From NCBI GenBank assembly GCA_024762755.1, contig JANTGX010000001.1, positions 1 through 32,620 of the forward strand: a DNA stretch of 32,620 nucleotides. The letters run 5' to 3'. The DNA is from Gammaproteobacteria bacterium (GTDB taxonomy: Bacteria > Pseudomonadota > Gammaproteobacteria > SZUA-152). The notes under the pieces were generated by a model. The model did no database searches, had not been told where the DNA came from, and saw only the letters and a list, made by a program, of their open reading frames with translations. Positions 17,834 to 24,933 of the stretch are shown here, in pieces (position 1 is the first letter of the stretch; each line of letters begins with the position of its first letter). The translations under genes and the position numbers were made by a program.

Positions 17834-17903
17834 GAGTGCTGAGTGCTGAGTGCTGAGTGCTGAGTGCTGAGTGCTGAGTGCTGAGTGCTGAGTGCTGAGT
17901 GTC
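17834..17903. repeat. Heptanucleotide microsatellite (GAGTGCT) x9 perfect plus 1 degenerate unit
   Basis: Counted unit by unit: nine perfect copies at 17834-17896, then GAGTGTC at 17897-17903. It begins 5 nt after the TAG at 17826-17828 and abuts the minus-strand TGA at 17904-17906. Confidence 0.97.
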
Positions 17904-18452
17904 TCAGGCGATGGCGTCGAAACCGGCCAGGCTGGTGCCGCTGTCCTCCAACTCGGCACCGATCTCGGCATAGCGTTGCGCCCCCTTGGCGGGCGCTTGC
18001 TGCAACAGTTCGCGCTGTGCGCTGGCGGCCATCTGCGCCGCGCGTGCCGCCACGGCATGATCCTGTGCCGACGGCCGCGCTGGTGCCAGGGCGGCGGCGC
18101 GGATGGCCTCGGCCTTGCGCAGGCTGGCACGGGGATCGTCGGCCACCGCCGAGGTGTCGATGCTCACCTCGCCTCCCACCGCATAGCGTCGATTGTCTGG
18201 TCCCACTTGGTAGCTGAAGCTGGCGGCACCGCGCGCCAGTCCGCCGGCGGCGGCCTTGTGTGCCGCCTCGTGGGCGCGCACCTCACGATCGCGCGCCTTG
18301 AGCTTGTCTACCACGGCGCGCTGCTCGTCGCTCAGCGCCGTCCCGGCGCCCCCGTGATTCCCCGTTAGTTTCCCCTTCGTCGTCTCGGCTGGTGTATCCG
18401 TCGCTGGTCGCTGCGGCGGCATCGGGCCCGGGCGGCTGTGGCCGATCTGCAT
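17904..18452 (-). CDS. SprA-related / putative HExxH metalloprotease family protein
   Basis: 182 aa. The stretch KLKARDREVRAHEAAHKAAAG...SFSYQVGPDNRRYAVGGEVSIDTS...KAEAIRAAALAPARPSAQD matches my recollection of the SprA-related family. HEAAH is an HExxH motif. Confidence 0.75.
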   Translation of the reverse strand: MQIGHSRPGPMPPQRPATDTPAETTKGKLTGNHGGAGTALSDEQRAVVDKLKARDREVRAHEAAHKAAAGGLARGAASFSYQVGPDNRRYAVGGEVSIDTSAVADDPRASLRKAEAIRAAALAPARPSAQDHAVAARAAQMAASAQRELLQQAPAKGAQRYAEIGAELEDSGTSLAGFDAIA

Positions 18453-18460
18453 GGCGGACC

Positions 18461-18685
18461 TCAGGCCTCGACGTCGAGCAGGCTGCCGAGCAGGCCGTCG
18501 GCCGCCTGCAACACCTTCACCGAGGCCTCGACCTGGCGCTGTCCGGCGCGCAGCTCGAGCAGCGACTGTGCCGTCGCCTGGGGGCCTGCGTCGGGCTGGT
18601 TGGCGATCTCGGCGGCGGCGCGACGCAGGCCCTGCTGGCCATTGGCGATGCCGTTAAGGGCGGCGTTGAAGGGGGGGAGTTGCAT
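18461..18685 (-). CDS. Small hypothetical protein (74 aa), upstream partner of the SprA-related gene
   Basis: 8-nt gap to the downstream gene. The C-terminal segment LLELRAGQRQVEASVKVLQAADGLLGSLLDV weakly recalls the C-terminal helix of flagellar rod/hook proteins. Coding status rests on ORF length and operon position. Confidence 0.5.
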   Translation of the reverse strand: MQLPPFNAALNGIANGQQGLRRAAAEIANQPDAGPQATAQSLLELRAGQRQVEASVKVLQAADGLLGSLLDVEA

Positions 18686-19067
18686 GGGCGGCTCAATGGG
18701 GTTGGCGACAGGAGGTGTCGGTTCTCCCTGCCTGTATCGTCCGCTGGCGAAAAGTCCCTAGGGTTCATTCGGGATCGCCGTTCAGCCTTCAGCGAGGCAG
18801 AATATTTCTAAACCAATAGCCTTGTAGGTAATATGGTCAATTATTTGGTGAGTCTTTAGCGCGGCCACGGCTACCGGGACTCTGAACACTGCAGAACAAA
18901 CTTCTAATAAAATTTCTAATACCAAATGTACGAGTTCCTGCTGAGCATCACAGCCACAATTGGCGGGCCAAGCAGCAAGATCAAGTAGCTTCGATACATG
19001 ATTCCCGACAATCTCTTTCAGTCATTTCGGACTTGCCCTGGAATACAGTGATTTCATACGCTGCTAG

Positions 19068-19088
19068 ATGCCGGATCGAATCCGGCAT
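19068..19088. repeat. Perfect 9-bp inverted repeat (hairpin) resembling a tRNA T-arm
   Basis: ATGCCGGAT-CGA-ATCCGGCAT. The inner part GCCGG-ATCGAAT-CCGGC resembles the T-arm consensus GGTTCGAATCC. No full cloverleaf could be folded around it. Confidence 0.5.
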
Positions 19089-19225
19089 GACAAAATGAGG
19101 TTTATTGGATAGCCGTGTTGCAATATATAAATACGTCAAGCCCGAAAGGATTCGGTATCTCGTATAACCTACCTATTTCTCTCCCTGTAAATAATCAACA
19201 GCCATGTTCAGGAACTATACCTATC

Positions 19226-22200
19226 TCAGAATCTGCGTGTCTTTCGAGTAAGGCTGGGTGCTAGCATAAAAACTAAGGTAAGCAGTTGCCAGGCATCAAT
19301 ACTCCCTCCAGAAACCGAACCACTATTCTCAAGATGATCCGGCTGTAGAGCAGCGTCCTCTCCGGTATCACCATCAGCAGCCACATCACCAGAGCCAGTA
19401 CTGCCCGACGAATTATCCACGCCGCCAGAGGTAGGATTTAGTCCTCCCGCCACATTCCCGGCGCTACCGTCTGGTGCTGCGTTTACCGTAACCGTAAGAC
19501 TACGCACAGCATTGCCGGCACTACCTTCGCAGGTCAGCACGAAGCGCGTATCTGCACTTAGCGGCCCCACAGTCTCACTGCCAGAAGGTCCTTTGATTCC
19601 TGACCAGCCACCGTCGGCCACGCATTTTCCCGCATCGGACGAAGACCAGCGCAAACTTACACTTGAACCGCTGTCCACACTGGCGGCACTGGAAGTAAAA
19701 TCCAATGAAGGATATGGCGTGGAGGAACCGCTACCCTCTGCCAGCTTATAGAGGAAGACATTTTGGTCAATGGCATTGACCAGCACATAGAGGTTTTTCG
19801 AAGGTATGTAGCGAAAGCGGCCATAGGTTCCCATGGCGCTGGGTCGGCTGGGGACAACCAAGTTACTTTTGGCGGCATCCATGCGATACCACACCAGGGA
19901 ATCTGGATCCAGGGCATAGACTTTATCTCCGCCATTCCAGGCAACGAAGCGGTCGGTCTTTGGATCGAAGACAAAACCAGCGGCTTTCGAGTCCTCGATC
20001 TCGTTTGCTCCCGTTGTGGGGCTCCATCCACCGGACACCGAAGCGGGGTCGGCGATGTCGTACACGACGGTCATGGCAGGCCCACCATAATTCGTGCCAC
20101 CGATGTAGACCAGTTTGCGACGATTCGGATCGATGGCCCCTGTCATGTAATACTCAAAGTCCGCGTTATCGAGATAGGTATTCCATGGATCCGAGGGATT
20201 GAGTGGATCGTATCGCTGCAATTTGCCATCCTTGACGAGCCAGACGTGGCCGGTAACCGAATCGTAGGCGGTTAAATTGCCGCAGCCACCCGGACCATCT
20301 GCCACCTTCTGCCAACCACTCTCAGCAGGAACCTCATCGAAATCATACAGCCATGTTGCACCCTGACAACCACCACTCCCGGGTACTGAGCCACCGGCAC
20401 TGAAGAAGCGATCGATATTAGGAAGGTATTCTAGACCGTTATATGTATGGCGGGAGGAAGGAAGGCCATCAAGGTAGATGTCTGAATTCAATTGACGCTG
20501 ATCAGCTGGGGTATCCAATGTGAGCTGCTGCCAATGCAGTGAGTTTATATCGAAAGCATAGAGCTCATTGCCATAATAGTTGTTGTGCCCGCCACCCCAA
20601 ACCACAAGACGATCGCGTTTGGTATCATAGGCCGCACCACTCCAGGGTTCCATGACATTTGGTTTGATACCACCGAGTTGGCTATAGATACTGGACTCCG
20701 GTACCTCGTACCAGTGCCCGGCCGGCAAGCTATCGAGCACGCTACTACTGGCCGCCGGGGCAGATATCATCACGGCTTTCGATCGCGCTGATTCGTTGCC
20801 TGCACCATCGAAGGCCGTGACTTGGTATGTATGTGTCGTACCAGGCGGCATGGACCGATCAATGAATCCGCTGGTGCCTGTTGTACCAATGAGTGCATCG
20901 TCGCGATAGATGTCATAACCGGCGACAAACATATCATCTACGGGAATATCCCACTTCAGGTAACTCTCCTGCGGAGAGACGGCGACCACGTGTAAGCCTG
21001 CAGGTATCTGCGGCGCAGTACCATCATTCAGCGGCAAGGCGCTGGCAAGCCACGAAACCTCGTCGGGGGATAGAGTTCGGGCATAGATACGCAAGTCGTC
21101 CAGGGCACCGTTCAACGCATTGCCCCATTCCGTGCTGTATTTCCCATTGTATACACCGACACTGAGCTTTCCGGATACATCCAGTGCCTGGGTACGACCG
21201 ATGTCCTCGGCCCGGAAGGCTTCCACGCCATCCTTATAGATCACCAGCACGCCATTACGTTTATGCCATGTCACTGCCACGTGGTGCCAGCCACCGTCAT
21301 CCAGGGCAATACCCGTGCTGACATCCCTGTCAGTGACTGGTTTCTTGAGGAATGTCATCCCTAGATCGCGCAGATTGAAGATCCGTAGTTGCTCGGTCAG
21401 CATGTCATCGGACATAAACGACAGAATGACCCGAGATCGATCACCTTCACCATTGCTTCGCACCCAAAAGGCGATGCTCAACTCGCTGTTGGAAAGGCCA
21501 CTGAGCGGCACAGAGACCCGGTCTCTCCGTGTGCTGTCGAACTGCATGGCGGTTCCGAGCATACCCGTGTCGGACACCGGGATCTCTTTGGACTTTCCGT
21601 CGTTACCCAGCCCGCTGCGGTCGATGATAGTGGCGTCGGTCAGCCCATCGAAATCCCAGTGCATCACCAGACCGGGTGCTGCATGGGCCATGCTGCTCGC
21701 CAGCACAAGTCCGCCAACGAGCAGCAGGTGAAAATTCCTGCCGCCTTTCCTGTCCAGGAGACGAGATACAAGACTGCGATACATCAGCAACATACTCAAA
21801 AGGATGAGTCCCCAGGGGGTGGTTGCACCGGCGCCGATCTTTTGGGCAACAGTAGTGGCATCAACCACTGTACTCGCGGCGTCTCCGTTTCCGTTGTCAC
21901 CACTGCTATTACTATCGCCACTGCTACTGCCACCGCCAGCGGTACTGCTGCTACCGCCACTATTACTACCATTATCGCTCCCCGATACCCTGATCAGCAC
22001 CGAACGTGTCGTTTCACCACCACTCCCAGAGCATTTCAAGGTATATACCGCATCACTCTGTAATTCGCTTGTGGCGTAAGTTCCGCTAAACTCTTTTTGC
22101 CCAGACCACGCACCACTTGCCACGCACCCGTCGGCGGAAGCAACAGACCAGCTCAGGTTGGCAATACCACTTGCAGGAACCTCGAAGCTATCTGCCGAAA

Positions 22201-24325
22201 AGTTCACCTTTGGACCACCCAAAGCCGAATCCAGTGAAAGTGGGGTAATAGCAAACTGTGGATCACTGGCATAATCTCTCGAGCTCGGATCACTGAAATC
22301 GCGAGGGTACTTCATTCGACCGACCAGCTTATTCCAGGCGGCATCGGCATTGGGGTAACCATAGTCGACGGCAAGCGCCAGCGCAGGTTGTAGATTGGAC
22401 GGGTAGCCCTCCGGGTTTGATGAATGTCCCGCCATTTCACCCGCCGCATACACCTTATTGCCATAAGGGTCGGTTTCAGTCAGCCAATTGGCCATTTCCT
22501 GCCCGCCACAGGCCATATCCTTGACATAGGTTCCCTGGCTGTCCTGCTTGTTACCAAAGGTATTCAGGTATACCTCCCCCAGACTCTGATACCAGTCATC
22601 CGGTGTGGCGACAATGCCATACACATGTTTGCCAATCGCCAGTTGATACACACCGCCAAAGATCCAACAGTAGACGTCGTCTGGCGAACTCATCCGTTCC
22701 ACGGGATACTTGGACTTCCATTGCAACATGGGCAGGAATTCGTCAAATCCCAAATTGACGATATAACCCGTCGCCCATGTGAAAAAGTCATCCATCCAGG
22801 GTGCAGAGGTATCCAGTTCACGATGGTGTGGCAAGGCGCCGAGCTTGTTGGCGTCTGGATTATTGGGGAATTGCTGTAGGTAGTAATCCAGATTGCGCTG
22901 CAACCGGTCACCAAAATAATCCTTCATGGGATGATTGTCGGGTGTAATGTATGCAGCTTGTGCCAAGGTGCGAAGGCCCCAGGCCTGGCCGCGAACTTCC
23001 TCTCCCTTTAGCAGCCCATCTCCATACTGACGCTTGCCAAGACTGGCTGAAATCATGTTCCCATTGGCCCAGAACAACAGTTCATCCAGATAAAAGTGAT
23101 CTCCGGTCAGCAAATAGGGAAGAAAGGCAAAGGAAGGTTGGTGCGCGGTATCTTTGCTATGAGGAATAGCACAATCAGTTGAGCATAGTGCAATAACATT
23201 GTCATTGGGATTCTGTCGTGAATCCCCGGTCACATTCGGGTAGTCGTCCAGTGAGACTGGCAAATCGGTATTGATATCCCGTAGGTGAGCGGCATAGGAG
23301 CCGGCAGCATCCCCATTGGCAAGCACGCTGCGATAGGCACGGTAATCCCCACTCACGATATAACGTGCCGCCCAACGGGGTAATGGTGCGATGCTGAAAT
23401 CTGCACCCCCAGCAGACATCCGCAACCGATTGCGCATATCCGCAAGCCCCATGGGTTCATAGACAGTCTTCCCCTGGCTCTCCAGCACATCCTCCGGAAT
23501 GGTTAACGCAGGATCATAGTGCGGCACCGCTTTGGTCTGCTGTAAATATTTTACGTCGTGACGAACGTATATCTTTGGCTGCGTGCCCCACCAGAATACC
23601 TTGTGCCAGCGCGCACGTTGATAGTGCGTCAGCTGGCCCTGGCGGTAAGCCTCCCGCCCTCCCACCAGAACACGGACGTCGTAGGTAAAATTCCGTGGTT
23701 CGGGAACATAGGTCCAGTTGTTCTCAACAATGGCGTCTACACGCACCGTACCCAAGCCACGATAAGCCCTGATATCAAAACGCGCCGTCAGATGCGGATG
23801 TGCTACACCATTTTCCGTGGTGAATTTTTCTTTAAGCAGAAATTCCGTCACTAGTGGACCTGATAACCAGCGATGGCTGCTATCGACATTCAGGGCATTT
23901 CGAGCCGAAGCGGTATACACCACCCCATCAAGGGTCAGCTCGATCACCGCATCAAAAGACGTATCGAGCAGGTCTGCGGCGCTCACAGGCACGCCGACCG
24001 CCGTTACATCACCCTTCGTCAGCTCAGATGCCAGCTGGTCGCCCCCCTGTAATGGCGGCAATTCAGTCGTGATCACGGCGTGACGCAGGGAGCCATCGCG
24101 GTGAGTCGCCTTGACATCGACTTGGGTTGGCAACTGCGCGCCCCCAACCTTGACAACAACGCCCGAACCCACAGGTACCTCGCCCTCCGAAAATACCTGC
24201 GCAAAGGTCACCGGTACACCGTCGACGGCTATCCCGCTTTGATCAATAAAAGTCACTTCTGGCATCGCCTGAGCGTTCCCAGCAGTAAGCAGCATCACAA
24301 ACACGGCGGACAACAAGCGACTCAT
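19226..24325 (-). CDS. Giant secreted multidomain protein (1699 aa from ATG 24325): two secreted-protein architectures in one reading frame
   Basis: The ORF is open from 24526 (GTG). A classical signal peptide MSRLLSAVFVMLLTAGNAQA-MP starts at ATG 24325. The order is as follows: an unrecognised domain of about 700 aa; an Ig-like Cys module; a Ser/Gly linker; a hydrophobic-basic tail; a second signal-peptide-like segment. After that come a LamG/ConA-like domain, FN3, a Kelch-like beta-propeller, a second Ig-like Cys module, a second Ser/Gly linker and the tail SGGSIDAWQLLTLVFMLAPSLTRKTRRF. Confidence 0.85.
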   Translation of the reverse strand: MSRLLSAVFVMLLTAGNAQAMPEVTFIDQSGIAVDGVPVTFAQVFSEGEVPVGSGVVVKVGGAQLPTQVDVKATHRDGSLRHAVITTELPPLQGGDQLASELTKGDVTAVGVPVSAADLLDTSFDAVIELTLDGVVYTASARNALNVDSSHRWLSGPLVTEFLLKEKFTTENGVAHPHLTARFDIRAYRGLGTVRVDAIVENNWTYVPEPRNFTYDVRVLVGGREAYRQGQLTHYQRARWHKVFWWGTQPKIYVRHDVKYLQQTKAVPHYDPALTIPEDVLESQGKTVYEPMGLADMRNRLRMSAGGADFSIAPLPRWAARYIVSGDYRAYRSVLANGDAAGSYAAHLRDINTDLPVSLDDYPNVTGDSRQNPNDNVIALCSTDCAIPHSKDTAHQPSFAFLPYLLTGDHFYLDELLFWANGNMISASLGKRQYGDGLLKGEEVRGQAWGLRTLAQAAYITPDNHPMKDYFGDRLQRNLDYYLQQFPNNPDANKLGALPHHRELDTSAPWMDDFFTWATGYIVNLGFDEFLPMLQWKSKYPVERMSSPDDVYCWIFGGVYQLAIGKHVYGIVATPDDWYQSLGEVYLNTFGNKQDSQGTYVKDMACGGQEMANWLTETDPYGNKVYAAGEMAGHSSNPEGYPSNLQPALALAVDYGYPNADAAWNKLVGRMKYPRDFSDPSSRDYASDPQFAITPLSLDSALGGPKVNFSADSFEVPASGIANLSWSVASADGCVASGAWSGQKEFSGTYATSELQSDAVYTLKCSGSGGETTRSVLIRVSGSDNGSNSGGSSSTAGGGSSSGDSNSSGDNGNGDAASTVVDATTVAQKIGAGATTPWGLILLSMLLMYRSLVSRLLDRKGGRNFHLLLVGGLVLASSMAHAAPGLVMHWDFDGLTDATIIDRSGLGNDGKSKEIPVSDTGMLGTAMQFDSTRRDRVSVPLSGLSNSELSIAFWVRSNGEGDRSRVILSFMSDDMLTEQLRIFNLRDLGMTFLKKPVTDRDVSTGIALDDGGWHHVAVTWHKRNGVLVIYKDGVEAFRAEDIGRTQALDVSGKLSVGVYNGKYSTEWGNALNGALDDLRIYARTLSPDEVSWLASALPLNDGTAPQIPAGLHVVAVSPQESYLKWDIPVDDMFVAGYDIYRDDALIGTTGTSGFIDRSMPPGTTHTYQVTAFDGAGNESARSKAVMISAPAASSSVLDSLPAGHWYEVPESSIYSQLGGIKPNVMEPWSGAAYDTKRDRLVVWGGGHNNYYGNELYAFDINSLHWQQLTLDTPADQRQLNSDIYLDGLPSSRHTYNGLEYLPNIDRFFSAGGSVPGSGGCQGATWLYDFDEVPAESGWQKVADGPGGCGNLTAYDSVTGHVWLVKDGKLQRYDPLNPSDPWNTYLDNADFEYYMTGAIDPNRRKLVYIGGTNYGGPAMTVVYDIADPASVSGGWSPTTGANEIEDSKAAGFVFDPKTDRFVAWNGGDKVYALDPDSLVWYRMDAAKSNLVVPSRPSAMGTYGRFRYIPSKNLYVLVNAIDQNVFLYKLAEGSGSSTPYPSLDFTSSAASVDSGSSVSLRWSSSDAGKCVADGGWSGIKGPSGSETVGPLSADTRFVLTCEGSAGNAVRSLTVTVNAAPDGSAGNVAGGLNPTSGGVDNSSGSTGSGDVAADGDTGEDAALQPDHLENSGSVSGGSIDAWQLLTLVFMLAPSLTRKTRRF
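19715..20734 (-). other. Kelch/galactose-oxidase-like beta-propeller region within the giant ORF
   Basis: Repeated blade-like segments are present (WSGAAYDTKRDRLVVWGGGHNNYYGNELYAFDINSLHWQQL; GHVWLVKDGKLQRYDP; RFVAWNGGDKVYALDPDSLVWYRM). Boundaries are approximate. Confidence 0.6.
20759..21016 (-). other. Fibronectin type III domain within the giant ORF
   Basis: The stretch APQIPAGLHVVAVSPQESYLKWDIPVDDMFVAGYDIYRDDALIGTTGTSGFIDRSMPPGTTHTYQVTAFDGAGNES matches the FN3 pattern. Confidence 0.75.
21041..21679 (-). other. LamG / concanavalin-A-like lectin domain within the giant ORF
   Basis: The stretch LVMHWDFDG...IDRSGLGNDG...GTAMQFD...SIAFWVR...WHHVAVTWHK..VLVIYKDG...GALDDLRIYARTLSPDEV is the classical Laminin_G_3 pattern. 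Confidence 0.8.
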
Positions 24326-24933
24326 GCGCCGAATCCCACCAGCAAGTAGCCAATCGGATGATAACGCTATGCTTCTGGCTGCGGGCACCTTCTTCCTATT
24401 GCGTTGCTTCGTAGCAATAATGACCCGATTCGTTATTTGCATATTCACATCAGTGCTCCAAAATTGGTCACGAGACGCTAAACTCTGTATCTGCCTTGTA
24501 TCATCGCTCACAGGAAAATGCGTCACGTGATCCGCGTCACAAAGCCTAGAAGCTACATTTTTCTCTTTACATACAAAACTTCACGGTTGTCCGCGTGAAT
24601 ACGCAGTATCTGGGTTGCTGGGGCATTGAGGCGGCAGGCGATTATTTAAACCATTGTGTACAAGGTCCAGGCGGTTCGGGGCCGGTTGACTGAGCATTAT
24701 CGTATCCATCTGCTGACAGTTCGACCTATTCATCATGGTTGCATGTTCTAGAGGGGGCTCGATCCATTGGAACGGCTTGCTATTGATCGCGGCGATTTTG
24801 CCAGTGCTTCGATACGAAAGGCCGAGTTTGAACGCTTCATCAATGTCCGGAATGCGAAAGGCGCGGAGCTATTTTAGTGGATCAAACCGGCAAGTCGGAT
24901 TCTGACAGCCGTTGGTCATGCAAAGGAGTCGTT

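Noticed and set aside
17834-17903. Possible CRISPR array or other spaced-repeat locus (also considered for the repeats at 7389-7546)
   Set aside because: The 7-nt units are directly tandem with no spacers. The 7389-7546 repeats lie in frame inside a pentapeptide-repeat CDS. No cas genes are present.
17801-18130. 109-aa minus-strand ORF ending in LSTQHSALSTQHSALSTQHSAL
   Set aside because: It reads through the heptamer microsatellite in a different frame from the well-supported HExxH gene (17904..18452) and overlaps it. It is an artefact of the stop-free repeat.
18916-18999. 27-aa hydrophobic minus-strand ORF (MYRSYLILLLGPPIVAVMLSRNSYIWY) in the island's left flank
   Set aside because: It is too short, has no RBS, and lies in AT-rich non-coding DNA. 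The MYRS match to the internal leader of the giant ORF is only four residues.
19020-19095. Intact tRNA gene around the T-arm-like hairpin
   Set aside because: Only 5 of 7 acceptor-stem pairs could be formed (GTCAT/ATGAC), and no D-arm or anticodon arm could be folded in the preceding 50 nt.
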